IMG/VR virus record: IMGVR_UViG_3300018080_000148
Span: 25,923-89,922 of that record
Source: a virus
Reading direction: 5' to 3' (one strand)
DNA: 64,000 bases
The translations under genes were made by a program, and so were the position numbers. The notes under the pieces were generated by a model. The model had not been told where the DNA came from. It searched no databases and was given only the letters and a program-made list of their open reading frames with translations. Positions 9,986-20,725 of the stretch are shown piece by piece (positions within the stretch are counted from its first letter, which is position 1; each line of letters starts with the position of its first letter).

Positions 9986-11296
9986 CTAAACTGTTTCTAG
10001 TTGATGCAGCCGCTCGCCGACCTTAACAGTGACCTTTAAGTCCAACCCAGCGTAAAGATCATCCGGCTTTTCCAACGTGTCTACGCACAGCCGAACATTC
10101 TTCTCCAGGTCTTTTTTCTTGACTGTCACCATATAACCGTCATGGACATGACATGCGATCCGAGCAAAGCCTTTCAAGGCATCAAACAACTGGACCAGCT
10201 TGTGCAAGCATACAATTGAGGCGGGCGCTTGCACCACGAAATTCCTGATTCGATGTTCTTTCCCATCAAACCTACGTCTTCGTCCATAGTGATCGTAGAC
10301 AAAGCCGTCGTAATCATTGGAATTCTGCTGATCTCTTACCCACGCCATGGCGGCGGGGAACTCTGCACAGACATTTGCTTTCAATCGCTCAGCCACCCAT
10401 TCATCGACTTTCAGCCTTCGAGAAAGCGTTTTCGTTCCCAATCCGTACATGATGGGTAGAAAAATTGATTTGCATACTTCTCGATAGGCGGGGCTACACT
10501 TAACACTAGTTATCCTCTCCCAAATAATTTTATACACATCTTCCCCGGTTTCCAAAATTTCTTTCAGAGCGGCATCTCTCGATAGCCACTGAAGAACCCG
10601 CACTTCCAAACTGGCGTAGTCCAAAACGATAAACATTAGGTCGCCGTATTCGCCCGGCAGGTAGTTGTGCATTTCATCTTTCGACAAGCTGTGAGGGTTA
10701 AACCCCTCCTTGAAGGCGTTGGAGCCTTTCAGCCTTCCATTCGCTTGCCCCTCTATCTCGTAGTGGGGATGAACCCTCCTTCGACCCCGCACCAATCCCG
10801 TTGATTCAATGGCAGGGAGAACCTCTTTGATGAGCGGAAGAAAAACTTGACCGTAGAGAGACTTGATCTGCTCCCACCGAGAGTATCGTGTCACCTTTGC
10901 CAGTCGCTCGGCTGCTTCTGCATAGTTCTCGGGACGATCCCCCTTGTATGCCATCAAGGATTCGAGCACTTTTAGATCGAGGATGGGGCGGCTGGTGACC
11001 AGCCTGTAGCCCGTTTTTCCGTAGAAGTAGGAGAAGATGTCCTTCAGTCCCCACCCTATCATCACGTTCTTGCAGTTCAGGTAGTGGGTGAACTTCGAGG
11101 CAAAAGACTTTAATTCATTTCCATCGAGGGGGAGAGGGTAATTGATAGCAACCTGTTCATTCGCCATGAAGAAGGCAGGTCTCTTCTTCGTCTTCAACTT
11201 CTGGTCAGGTCTTAAAGTGAAATCCCAAACATCTCCTCCAGGGGCAAAAAACATATTCTTGTCAACAAACGTCTCCAATGCCTCATTAGCATCCAT
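9986..11296 (-). CDS. family A DNA polymerase
   Basis: Motif A DYASLEVR, motif B REVCKSIFLPIMYG, NFVVQ, motif C HVHDG. Confidence 0.85.
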   Translation of the reverse strand: MDANEALETFVDKNMFFAPGGDVWDFTLRPDQKLKTKKRPAFFMANEQVAINYPLPLDGNELKSFASKFTHYLNCKNVMIGWGLKDIFSYFYGKTGYRLVTSRPILDLKVLESLMAYKGDRPENYAEAAERLAKVTRYSRWEQIKSLYGQVFLPLIKEVLPAIESTGLVRGRRRVHPHYEIEGQANGRLKGSNAFKEGFNPHSLSKDEMHNYLPGEYGDLMFIVLDYASLEVRVLQWLSRDAALKEILETGEDVYKIIWERITSVKCSPAYREVCKSIFLPIMYGLGTKTLSRRLKVDEWVAERLKANVCAEFPAAMAWVRDQQNSNDYDGFVYDHYGRRRRFDGKEHRIRNFVVQAPASIVCLHKLVQLFDALKGFARIACHVHDGYMVTVKKKDLEKNVRLCVDTLEKPDDLYAGLDLKVTVKVGERLHQLETV

Positions 11297-11379
11297 GTTA
11301 TCCCTCTTGTGGGGTATTCGCTGCTGCGCTTAAGTCCTCTTTAAAGCTCTTTATTTTCAAAAAAGGGCCGCTTCCCTTA

Positions 11380-11581
11380 GTGGATACCTAGTTCTTTAAA
11401 GAACTACCGAGTCCTATAAGGCCCGGAAAATCCACAAGGTTACGGCTCTTGTGTGGACACGTTTTTTCCCAATGACCACACCTTTCAATTTTCCCCGATT
11501 TGCACCTCGTTGAAGATCCTCGTTCTAGGCTACTGACCCAAGATTTTGGATTACTCTCTGACGAGAGAACTAGGTATCCAC
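11380..11581. repeat. 16-bp perfect inverted repeat in a long intergenic region
   Basis: GTGGATACCTAGTTCT (11380-11395) / AGAACTAGGTATCCAC (11566-11581). Confidence 0.9.
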
Positions 11582-11959
11582 GTAAACCCCTCCTTTTGGG
11601 AGGGGCAAGGACCAGGACGTAGCGACCATACAGGAAGCAGGACTAAGCTAAAGCAAATTCCCAACATCAACTACCTGTCCGGAGCCTGGAAGACAGTCTT
11701 GCGACTGCCCACTTGGTTTCACCAGGAAGAACGTTCACCCTCCTATTGCATACGCAGGTTAGGATCACTCATGGAGGTTTTAACATGATAGGTCAGCGCC
11801 CGCCGAGAGCTTATTTTTTCTCATTGAGCCTTTGCAAATCAGTTTATTTCCTCAATCGTGCGCAATTCTAATGCCAAACTGAACCCAAATCAAGTTCGAT
11901 TTGACGATTCTTTACACTTCGGCTATCATAGTGTTCATAATTGAAAATCTGGAGGAGCG

Positions 11960-12661
11960 ATGTACGATCTTGAAGCTATTCTTGAGTGGAACATGGACGA
12001 ATTGCAGGCCAAAGCCTACAAGATCGCCCTCATATGGGAAGAACTCACGAGAGAAGAGTTTCCAGATTATCAACACATTAGGTTGCGGCGGAAAGGAGAC
12101 CCTCGAAAGTCCATTTTGTTTAAGTATTGTCGCAAGCTGGTGATGGAAACACAAGGCATGATTGCGGATAGCGAGTATCGACTTTATGTCTTGGCCCAGC
12201 TTCACATCTTGAAAAACGCCAACCCCACCAACATTCACGCCAGGATTGATCCGGGCATTCTCTGCGGGCCGAGAGCTTGGCGGCGCTGGAAAAAATGGAA
12301 AGGGTTGTACGACAAGAAAAGAAGGGAGTACGACAACGACGTTGAAGTTGCGAAGATAACAACGCAGGTGTCGTCGATAGAAAAGGAATTGGAAAGAACC
12401 AAGAAGTTCTTTTTTGAAAAATATAATCGGGAGCCGACCTACCAGCAGATTTATCAGGCAATGCACGATCACACGATGATTCGGTGGGTTACGATTGACA
12501 GGGTGTCGCCTTATTACATTTTGATGTCACCTTATGTCGCTCGATCCCTGGAGGAGAGGGGGTTAGAGGAATTTTTTCTCTTCGACCTTAGTGTTTACCA
12601 AGAATCGATAACTCCAGAGATCGAGGACGTGTTTCATAAGGTATTCGATTACGAGTCTTAA
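11960..12661 (+). CDS. hypothetical protein
   Basis: 233-aa ORF with GGAGGAG SD, divergent from the polymerase. Confidence 0.75.
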   Translation: MYDLEAILEWNMDELQAKAYKIALIWEELTREEFPDYQHIRLRRKGDPRKSILFKYCRKLVMETQGMIADSEYRLYVLAQLHILKNANPTNIHARIDPGILCGPRAWRRWKKWKGLYDKKRREYDNDVEVAKITTQVSSIEKELERTKKFFFEKYNREPTYQQIYQAMHDHTMIRWVTIDRVSPYYILMSPYVARSLEERGLEEFFLFDLSVYQESITPEIEDVFHKVFDYES

Positions 12662-14127
12662 GCTTTGCCGAGCAATCTCGCCATTCTTTCTTCTTCTTCC
12701 CGATCTCGCTTGGCAGCCTCAACGCCTTTTCTGCCCTGCTTGGCCAATCTATCCTTGATTACATGTCTCACGTAATCAGGGTCTAGCTCCCTATCTTTCC
12801 CGAAATAGTGCAGCATTGATGGCTCCATTCCCATTCCCACGCCTTTATCGAGCGGCTCAAATTCGGACTCTCCTGGTCGGCGTCGTCTGTAAAATGGAAT
12901 TGAGGTAGCCGCATCCCCGCCCGGTTGGCCCATGCGGTATATTCTGTGGAGTTGTCTATACATCTTCTCTGGTGATAGTTGTAGATGTGTAGCGCTTGCG
13001 CCTAACCCCCCGCCCCTGGCCAGGGGAACGTCGAACTCTCCTGTGACGATGCCGCTCTTGGTCTTCTTTCCAGCCGATGGTCTTTTCTTGATGGGCCCTT
13101 GCTGTGACAACCACTGGTAGAAGGGGTCGTCCTTGTCTATGGCTGATCCCATTGGAAAATACACTCCCATTCCATGCTCAGACATGTATTGGTAGAAGCT
13201 TTCTACGAAATCTACCCAAACATCCCACAACTGCTTGGTTCCAACACCTCTTCCTTGGAGTTTTTCCAGGGTTTTAACATAGCGATCCACTTCCCCTGGA
13301 ATCCCCTTTTCAAGGGCAGCCGCCTTATCTCCTTTTACACTCCATTTCTGGGGATCGAGATCACCGGCCATATCTGGGAATACGGTGGAGTAGATGTCGA
13401 TGTTGTGCGTGTCAATGCATCCAGCCCTACCGAATAGTAGTTGGGCCATAAACCCGGCTTTTACTGGTTGCACTCCTGGCAATTTGGAAAGGTGGGCGAT
13501 GAGAGCCCTGTCGTCTCCCTTTTTGGCTAATGCGGGTAATGTTGTGAAATACTTCTCTTTATTAGACCATATTTGTGACACCGTGTCCAACTTCCATCCA
13601 CTTACCGTGTGCGCAAGTGAATGGTACTTGTCATCAAAAACCTTGACGATTTCTTGTAGTTGTTCTGGGGTTACTTTGTGAGGAAAGTAATGGTGCAGTA
13701 TTGCCATCATCGTGTTGAATCCATCCCAATGTTTTGGAAATGGCACGTTGGCCGAGAGCGGGGAAAACATCATCGTTTGGGCGAAGTTCTCCGGGCTACT
13801 CATGGCAAAGCTTTGTATCTTTTTGATGTGCCTTGCATATCCGCTAAGGGGTGTTATTGGGCACGATCTTTTGAGATCTTCAAAAGGAGGTTCGTATTTT
13901 GCGTCGTATGGCGGCGTCCATATTTCACCTCCAGGATCTCTTTCTTCAGGAGGGGGCACTCGTTTGGGTTCGGGAGTCGTGTCAAATAGGCTGCCTTGTA
14001 CATGTGTCGGCTTTTTCTTTTTCTTGCGTGCTGCTTCTTCTAGAACTTCACATAGACCAGTGCCCAGGCTGGACAATACATAGCCCCAACAAGCTTCTTC
14101 TATATTAAACCATTCCTTGAATTCCAT
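12658..14127 (-). CDS. putative virion protein with HhH glycosylase-like motif
   Basis: N-terminus MEFKEWF; LPGVQPVKA...CIDTH resembles HhH-GPD. Confidence 0.6.
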   Translation of the reverse strand: MEFKEWFNIEEACWGYVLSSLGTGLCEVLEEAARKKKKKPTHVQGSLFDTTPEPKRVPPPEERDPGGEIWTPPYDAKYEPPFEDLKRSCPITPLSGYARHIKKIQSFAMSSPENFAQTMMFSPLSANVPFPKHWDGFNTMMAILHHYFPHKVTPEQLQEIVKVFDDKYHSLAHTVSGWKLDTVSQIWSNKEKYFTTLPALAKKGDDRALIAHLSKLPGVQPVKAGFMAQLLFGRAGCIDTHNIDIYSTVFPDMAGDLDPQKWSVKGDKAAALEKGIPGEVDRYVKTLEKLQGRGVGTKQLWDVWVDFVESFYQYMSEHGMGVYFPMGSAIDKDDPFYQWLSQQGPIKKRPSAGKKTKSGIVTGEFDVPLARGGGLGASATHLQLSPEKMYRQLHRIYRMGQPGGDAATSIPFYRRRRPGESEFEPLDKGVGMGMEPSMLHYFGKDRELDPDYVRHVIKDRLAKQGRKGVEAAKRDREEEERMARLLGKA

Positions 14128-14135
14128 ACTTCTAT

Positions 14136-15650
14136 CTAGCTCCCGGCTGTAAGATTTGTTACTTTCACGATCACTCGTTCAGAACGAGGCTCGAAGGTGA
14201 TTGCCGTGCCGCTACGAGAGCCACCCGGCCTGTGATAAATCAGTTTTACGTAGGTGCTGTTGTCTATCACATCAACAGTTGCATCCGGTCTTGCCTTCAA
14301 TTTGGATTTGGGGTCCGAGGTGGCGATGAAGTCTTTTTGCATGTTTCCCGACCAATTTGCACCGCCTCTGGATGTACGAGCATAATTCCTAACGGCTGGG
14401 AGTGTGTCGTATCGCTCTCCCTTTGCTACCACCCCGGACATTAGGTCATTCAATAGTGCAACGAACTTCTTGGGATTTCCCTGGAATGCTTGGGCTGGCC
14501 TGCTGAGCAAGTCGATCACAGCTACCCTCCAGTCCTTGTAGTATGTGTCGTGCGCTGTGTTTGCCAACGCATTGCTCAAATCCCGGTCGAATTTCTGATC
14601 GCCACGCCCACCAAGAAGGTGGTAGGCGGGCAAGGGCCCGAGGCTGGCAATGTGAACTTTATGCTCCGTGGTGAATTTTACATTCCACCCCAACTGACTT
14701 CTTTCGCCCTGTTCTAATGCTGAACTACAAAACAAAACCAAATCGGCTGGATTATGTCTGACATCCGGCCAATCAGCTTCCCCACCGGTAAAAGCTATTT
14801 GATCCGGCTGACATTTAAGCACCTGTTGGCTGCGACGAAATATTTGATCTCCCAAGTCCCTAGCATTTTCCACGACCATGTGGTGCAAAAGATCGACAGC
14901 TTGTTGTTTCTTGGTGCGGAAATGAATCATCTTAGAAGCAATCTGTTCTAAGTACCTTTCTCGCTTTTTCTCAAACAAATCAACTGTTGTGGCACCATTG
15001 CCGAAATCAAATTCGTCCCTATCCACAAGCTTCCTGGTAGTTATGAGGTGAAGAAACACCTCCACCTCAAACAAATATCCAAGTTCTGCGCCAAACCTAC
15101 TTGCGCTTTGCCGAATAGCACGCTTAAAAGTATCCCATTCGCCAGTATTCCAGCCAGGATCGTTTAAGCCTTTTAGAGATGCAACGGCCCCCAACTCTTT
15201 TTCATTGGGTCTTGTTTCCAGCATAGGGTCGTTGTGAGCAGCCAACCGCATGGGACTAAGACTGCCCGCTCCTGTACGCATCGGCATACTAAGTGTAGCG
15301 GGCTCGGATGAGGCCCCCATTATCGATTCATAGTCGTTGGGGAATTGGAAAGACACCCTTCCTTGTTCGGACTCAAACTTCTGGAGAGTTCGTTGTTTTA
15401 CCTTGTTGAAAAAATCATCCAATCCCTCCTCCTCCTGCATCCACTCTTTGAAGCTTAGGGCTAGTTTGCGGAATTGGTTGAGGGGACGGTATGGGTTGGT
15501 GAGGATTTTGTTCACTTCTTTTTTGCCCTTTGCGTTGGTAAGCTTATCCCACGCCTTTCTCCGGGACTCACGAGTGTATTTCTTGAACACACCCGCCAGC
15601 TTTTCCATCATGTCCTGAATGGCTTCTTTTTGGCTTGATTTTTGTCCCAT
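14136..15650 (-). CDS. hypothetical protein
   Basis: 504-aa ORF with internal SFKEWMQEEE motif. Confidence 0.7.
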   Translation of the reverse strand: MGQKSSQKEAIQDMMEKLAGVFKKYTRESRRKAWDKLTNAKGKKEVNKILTNPYRPLNQFRKLALSFKEWMQEEEGLDDFFNKVKQRTLQKFESEQGRVSFQFPNDYESIMGASSEPATLSMPMRTGAGSLSPMRLAAHNDPMLETRPNEKELGAVASLKGLNDPGWNTGEWDTFKRAIRQSASRFGAELGYLFEVEVFLHLITTRKLVDRDEFDFGNGATTVDLFEKKRERYLEQIASKMIHFRTKKQQAVDLLHHMVVENARDLGDQIFRRSQQVLKCQPDQIAFTGGEADWPDVRHNPADLVLFCSSALEQGERSQLGWNVKFTTEHKVHIASLGPLPAYHLLGGRGDQKFDRDLSNALANTAHDTYYKDWRVAVIDLLSRPAQAFQGNPKKFVALLNDLMSGVVAKGERYDTLPAVRNYARTSRGGANWSGNMQKDFIATSDPKSKLKARPDATVDVIDNSTYVKLIYHRPGGSRSGTAITFEPRSERVIVKVTNLTAGS

Positions 15651-15669
15651 TTGTCCCTTTTGTGTCCCA

Positions 15670-16458
15670 TTAGTACCAATGCAGAGTGTTGGCTATTGTT
15701 TCAGTAATCTCTTCTCTTGGTTGAGTGGGACAGAAGTACCAGTCTGTATCTGTGGGCATGATCTCCCAACTGTGTCCTCGCCCCACTGCGGATTCCACGT
15801 TGTAGTTGGTCATGCGGATCAAGCCTGTCTGTGGATCGTAAGTGACGTGAGTTTGGTTTTCTTCTACCCTTTGCTGATCTTGAGCTTCGATTCCGTGGCC
15901 TCGTACCCCAAGTCGGATGATATAGCTGTTTTCATTCAATTTGCGGATACCCTCGAACATGAAAATAGACCGAGCGGTGCGCCGCACAGCGCTGGCGATA
16001 TTGGCCACCAAGGCTTCCATTTCATCGAAGTCGTGTTTGGCGGAATCGGGTGGTTTCTCGTCGATCTTTTCCAATGCTTCAAGAAGTTCGTGAGCCACAG
16101 CGTCTTCGTACCCGCCGTATCCTGTTTGGTCAACTTGATACACCTTCTTGGTGATCCATCTGGGGATGCCAGTTAGATCGACCGTCTGCTTTTCCAGCAT
16201 GATGTTCAGACCCGTGCCAATCCAAATTCGCACGGCTCCCGGCCCCTCACCCCAATGAAGTTCATTGACGAATTTGATACAGGGCTCTTTGTGTCCTAGT
16301 CTATGCATCTCCAGGTACTCAAGGAGCTTTTCGATGTTTATCTGTTTGACTGGCTTGTCGTCCTTCTTCTTGTTGTATTGCGGCTTGATGTCTTGGTCGA
16401 AGCCGAACACATCTCGGAATTCCTTTAATAACCAGTTCTTGAAGCTAAAGTTCACCAT
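15670..16458 (-). CDS. hypothetical (putative virion) protein
   Basis: N-terminus FSFKNWLLKE; CTAAATA upstream. Confidence 0.7.
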   Translation of the reverse strand: MVNFSFKNWLLKEFRDVFGFDQDIKPQYNKKKDDKPVKQINIEKLLEYLEMHRLGHKEPCIKFVNELHWGEGPGAVRIWIGTGLNIMLEKQTVDLTGIPRWITKKVYQVDQTGYGGYEDAVAHELLEALEKIDEKPPDSAKHDFDEMEALVANIASAVRRTARSIFMFEGIRKLNENSYIIRLGVRGHGIEAQDQQRVEENQTHVTYDPQTGLIRMTNYNVESAVGRGHSWEIMPTDTDWYFCPTQPREEITETIANTLHWY

Positions 16459-16503
16459 ACGTTATTTAGAATTGCATTCACTGTTTCTGTACTATATACT
16501 GTC

Positions 16504-16881
16504 ATGAAAAGATTTACTGTTTGGATGGAACAACGGAACGAAGCGGTTGTCAGAGACGCCATTGTGTCAAAAGTTCGCTCAGATCTCGGCGGTGGGGACG
16601 ACGATGAAGTCCTCCAGATGAGAACCACAGAACTGAGTAGCGAGATGCAGCGGGAATTGCTGAAGCTAGGGCCGGTAATGGATCTGGTCGATGATTCGCA
16701 AATCGATCAACTGATGGACTTTATGCGTCAAGAAGACACCACTGTAGGCACTTTGGTAGAAAAAATTCTGGGAGGAGGACCGAACCCTACGCCAGAACCG
16801 GAGTCTTTACCTCCAGAAACCAATCCGGCTATGGCTCCCCAACAAGTTCAGAGTACGCCTACGGGGACGGGATGGTCATGA
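16504..16881 (+). CDS. hypothetical (putative virion) protein
   Basis: N-terminus MKRFTVWME; CTATATA upstream. Confidence 0.65.
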   Translation: MKRFTVWMEQRNEAVVRDAIVSKVRSDLGGGDDDEVLQMRTTELSSEMQRELLKLGPVMDLVDDSQIDQLMDFMRQEDTTVGTLVEKILGGGPNPTPEPESLPPETNPAMAPQQVQSTPTGTGWS

Positions 16882-17516
16882 GGAAGTTTCACCAGTTTGT
16901 AGAAGAGAGAGAAAAAATGGCAATGCCAGGAGAGAAAGTGTGCATTATCATGCGAGGGCTGCCCGGCTCGGGCAAGTCCACCAAGATCAATGCGCTCTTG
17001 AAGAAATATGGTGGCGACTGGGATCACGTCTTCTCGGCGGATAACTACTTCATCCCCAAAACCCTAGAGAGAAGGGCCCGAGGAGAAGAGGTCTCTGCCG
17101 CAGATGAATTGGGGGAGTACACTAGCAATTGGAAGCCCGACCGATTGGGAGCGGCACATGGCAACAACATCAAGCAGGCTAAGGCTGCCATGGATCTGGG
17201 CATGTCGCCCATTATCATCGATAACACCAATGTTAAGCCTTGGGACTTTCAGAAGTATATCGAATACGCCGATAAGGTTGGTTACAAGATCATCTTCGAG
17301 GAGCCCACATCTCCCTGGTGGCTTGAGTACCGGCCTTACTTGCGTGATCGTAAGCTCGATCCTTCTAAACTGGATGAGTTCGCCGCCATCCTTGCGCAAC
17401 GAAACATGCACGGCGTCCCTCAAGCTACTATTCGTCGAATGATGGATAAGTGGCAGGACAACTTTGACTTGGACGTGCTTCTTGGAAAGAAGAAGCCGCC
17501 GAAGGACAAGAAGTAA
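16878..17516 (+). CDS. N4BP2/AAA_33-like P-loop polynucleotide kinase
   Basis: IMRGLPGSGKST, SADNYF, IIIDNTN motifs. Confidence 0.8.
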   Translation: MRKFHQFVEEREKMAMPGEKVCIIMRGLPGSGKSTKINALLKKYGGDWDHVFSADNYFIPKTLERRARGEEVSAADELGEYTSNWKPDRLGAAHGNNIKQAKAAMDLGMSPIIIDNTNVKPWDFQKYIEYADKVGYKIIFEEPTSPWWLEYRPYLRDRKLDPSKLDEFAAILAQRNMHGVPQATIRRMMDKWQDNFDLDVLLGKKKPPKDKK

Positions 17517-18956
17517 TCACATTGGGAAGTCAATCTCTTCCCGAACCTCAACGTCGTGGCCCTCCTCTTTGAGGATCTTGATTCGCTTCATGGAGTGGCC
17601 TTCTAGGTACTCGTTGATTTTAAAAATGAAATCGTAGTAGTTCAGGATGTTCTTGTCGCCCGCCACTCGGAGCCCACGACCCATCCTCTGTACTATTTGG
17701 TGGTCTGCTTGACCACCTGCGGCGTTGATTAGGTTGTGGACGAATACGTTGATGCCAGCATTGAAAATGCCCTGGGTGGCGATTCCCACCACATTTCCCG
17801 CCGAGGAAGTGAGTTTCTCAATAACATACTTGCGTGTGTCTAAATCGTCTTTACCCTGGACCCATAATGACCCTGGAATCATCTTGTTCAGGGTGTCTCC
17901 GTGCGGAAGTCGCTCCACCAAGATAAGTGTTCTGCCGGTGAGGGTTTTTGATAATCCCACCACCATTTTGTGGAAATAAATGTTTTCGGCTATACCTTTG
18001 GTAACAGCGTCCAAATAGATTTCATAGGGCAGATCGGGTTTGCTGACTATGTAGAATGTGCATTTCGATCCCGATAGAATGTCTCTTCCCTGCAATTCCT
18101 TGGTTGTTAGAACGCCGTCTTCGCCCGCCGTATCTGTTCGCATGATCGGCCCGAAGTATCCCTTGACGGCATACTTCTGCGTTTTATGTTGCCCACCATA
18201 CTTGAATGGTGTCGCACTCACCGCCACACGAACTGAACACGCCTTTAGCTTGTTGTAATACTTCTTCGGCGTCTTGGACATCATCTCGTGAATTTCATCC
18301 ACGATTAACGCCCGCACGTGCGGAAGTAACTTCTCTATCTTATGGAGGGACTGAACGGTCGCACAAGTGAATACGTTGGGGTCTTTGTGCTTGTCGTAGA
18401 GGCGACCGACGTTCTCGAACCCCCACGATCTCATGGCATCATAGTTTTGATCTACCAAACTTTTTCTGTTGGCGAGGATCAGGGTGGGAGTTTTTGGCGG
18501 CAATGCCTTCAGGATTCCCATCATGATTACGGTCTTGCCAGCCGATGTGGGAGCCTGTATCACCCCTCTCCTGTGTAGAAGCATCTGATTTATCAGATCA
18601 ATCTGATAATCATAGGGGTCTTTGTGCTTGTCTTCTTCGGGAAGCCATTCCCGGACTAACTTCTCGGTGATCTTCGGAATCCGAAATACAACTGGATTCC
18701 TCTTGTCTTTTAGTTGGTAACCCACTTTCCAGTGCCTAAGCGCAAGTTCCACCTCCGGAAGAAGACCTGTCAGAAACCTTCCCGTTTCTCTTTTGAAAAA
18801 GTCAATGTATCCATCCCACAGTTTTTGCTTGTACAGACGACTGTGCCAGTAGCCTCTTTCCTTCCATCGCAAGGCTCGCCACAAACCGTCTTTTACACGC
18901 TTGTCAGATTGCAGATATGAATAGCAGTTTTCAGCTACGATTATTGCCTGTTTCAT
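17517..18956 (-). CDS. uvsW: UvsW-like SF2 helicase
   Basis: APTSAGKT, DEIH, SATP, QRMGRGLR motifs. Confidence 0.85.
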   Translation of the reverse strand: MKQAIIVAENCYSYLQSDKRVKDGLWRALRWKERGYWHSRLYKQKLWDGYIDFFKRETGRFLTGLLPEVELALRHWKVGYQLKDKRNPVVFRIPKITEKLVREWLPEEDKHKDPYDYQIDLINQMLLHRRGVIQAPTSAGKTVIMMGILKALPPKTPTLILANRKSLVDQNYDAMRSWGFENVGRLYDKHKDPNVFTCATVQSLHKIEKLLPHVRALIVDEIHEMMSKTPKKYYNKLKACSVRVAVSATPFKYGGQHKTQKYAVKGYFGPIMRTDTAGEDGVLTTKELQGRDILSGSKCTFYIVSKPDLPYEIYLDAVTKGIAENIYFHKMVVGLSKTLTGRTLILVERLPHGDTLNKMIPGSLWVQGKDDLDTRKYVIEKLTSSAGNVVGIATQGIFNAGINVFVHNLINAAGGQADHQIVQRMGRGLRVAGDKNILNYYDFIFKINEYLEGHSMKRIKILKEEGHDVEVREEIDFPM

Positions 18957-19060
18957 GTTCTATTATGCCTTTAGCGCATACCCTCACATCCTCCGCAAGT
19001 CTATCAGTATCTATCGGTTTTGTAAACACGAATTTCGGCCTGGAGCACTTAAATAATGAC

Positions 19061-19621
19061 ATGGAGATAGTGCCAACAATCAAAAAGTTGAGAAACAATT
19101 ATGACTTGAAGACATGGTTCGGCTTCAAGGGCTATGTAGAAAAGAATATTGAGGATGTCTGCAAGGCATTAGACACGAGATGGTTGGTTTCGATCTGCGA
19201 TACATATGCTGATTTTGCAGAGCCCCATGAGGCGGCGTGCGCCCTGATAGTTGTTACTACCGTCAACATGGAGAAGTTGGCATTCTCCATCCGTGGGTCG
19301 AACAATTTTGATCGGCCTCCACGCCAACCATTGTGGGATGGAGTGGAATCCTATCTCCTTGCGAAAGGCGATATGATTCCCAATTTTTGTTTCCGGTTAC
19401 GTCGCACGCTCAAAGAATTCCCTCACCTGCTAAGAATTTATGAAACCGTGTGGAGAAGGATGGTGGCAGCCGAGAATACCAGTCTGGGAGTTATGCAAAA
19501 AGCAAACAGGTTTGACTTCAATCAACTTTTGACCAGCGATAAAGTGCCTCGTGCGATGACAAGGCTGCAAAAGTCTAAGATGAAATTGTTGGCCAATGTG
19601 AATAGGATTAAATTATCGTGA
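19061..19621 (+). CDS. hypothetical protein
   Basis: Start MEIVPT after TTAAATA. Confidence 0.6.
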   Translation: MEIVPTIKKLRNNYDLKTWFGFKGYVEKNIEDVCKALDTRWLVSICDTYADFAEPHEAACALIVVTTVNMEKLAFSIRGSNNFDRPPRQPLWDGVESYLLAKGDMIPNFCFRLRRTLKEFPHLLRIYETVWRRMVAAENTSLGVMQKANRFDFNQLLTSDKVPRAMTRLQKSKMKLLANVNRIKLS

Positions 19622-19627
19622 GGTAAC

Positions 19628-20011
19628 ATGAAAGCTGGAAAGATCTGGGGACAAACAGAGTTGATTCATGCTAATGGCTTGTTTGAATTTCATCGTGTGG
19701 AATACAAAGCTGGTTTCAGATGTTCGGAACATCACCATCAATACAAATGGAATGGGTTTTTCGTGGAATCCGGCAAGTTGATTGTTAGGGTATGGCAGGA
19801 TGAACAGGGTCTAGTCGATGAAACCACACTGGAAGCTGGCGACTTCACGATGGTGAAGCCGGGGAAGGTACACCAGTTCGAGGGCGTTGAAGATGGGGTG
19901 GCTTTTGAACTTTATTGGGCCGAGTTTGACCACAGCGATATTGTCAGGAGGACGGTTGGGGGGCGGGCTCCCAAGGCGGCAGCCAACAAGGATTCTCCAA
20001 ATCCCCCTTAA
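19628..20011 (+). CDS. cupin-domain protein
   Basis: KIWG, CSEHHH, PGKVHQF motifs. Confidence 0.8.
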   Translation: MKAGKIWGQTELIHANGLFEFHRVEYKAGFRCSEHHHQYKWNGFFVESGKLIVRVWQDEQGLVDETTLEAGDFTMVKPGKVHQFEGVEDGVAFELYWAEFDHSDIVRRTVGGRAPKAAANKDSPNPP

Positions 20012-20540
20012 ACTGATCTTTGCGAAACACTACAAGCTTGACACAGAGATCAACATGCTCTCCAACAGGGAAGTAAGTGTTTACGGCTCGAACTGGGCCG
20101 TTTAATCCCCTACCATCTTTGGCATAATCATGGAAAGCCAGCAACCCATCATCCTTTAGCTTGGGGATAGACACAAGAATGTCTTTTGAAACACTATCGA
20201 ACTTGTGGCAACCATCAATAAATGCCAAGTCAAAATGCTTGTCGGGCAACTGGGGGACAATCTTCTCGCTTCGCTCCCTGTGGTGAGTAATTTCAGGATA
20301 TGGCTCCACGTTCTCTCGAAATGTGTCATACCTAGCAAGATCTGCGCCCTCCCAAAATGGATCAATACAGGTGACTGATTTAGCCCCCCCTTGAATCATG
20401 GCAATGGCCGAAGCCCCAAAAGCACTTCCTATTTCCAATACGTCCTTGCCAGCAGCGTGTCGCTGTAGCATTTGCAACTCGTCTCGACGCACTAAAGCTT
20501 GAATCTTGCCCCAGTGTTTTCTTTTCAATGTATTTTCCAT
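19944..20540 (-). CDS. Methyltransf_24-like SAM methyltransferase
   Basis: VLEIGSAFGAS, FDLAFIDGCH, FHDY. Confidence 0.85.
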   Translation of the reverse strand: MENTLKRKHWGKIQALVRRDELQMLQRHAAGKDVLEIGSAFGASAIAMIQGGAKSVTCIDPFWEGADLARYDTFRENVEPYPEITHHRERSEKIVPQLPDKHFDLAFIDGCHKFDSVSKDILVSIPKLKDDGLLAFHDYAKDGRGLNGPVRAVNTYFPVGEHVDLCVKLVVFRKDQFKGDLENPCWLPPWEPAPQPSS

Positions 20541-20725
20541 GTTAATAGGAGAGTGTGGTGAATCTAATTGTAATCAAATGGCCGAATATCCCAATTATTT
20601 TTAGAATACGATTTGGCGAAAATCTAATTGGGTGAAAAGGTGCCTAAAACAAGGGGAAAACAGGGGCAATCTAATTTTTTGCATGTTAGTGAAATGTAAC
20701 AAATTTATAATTACTCTTCAACAAC

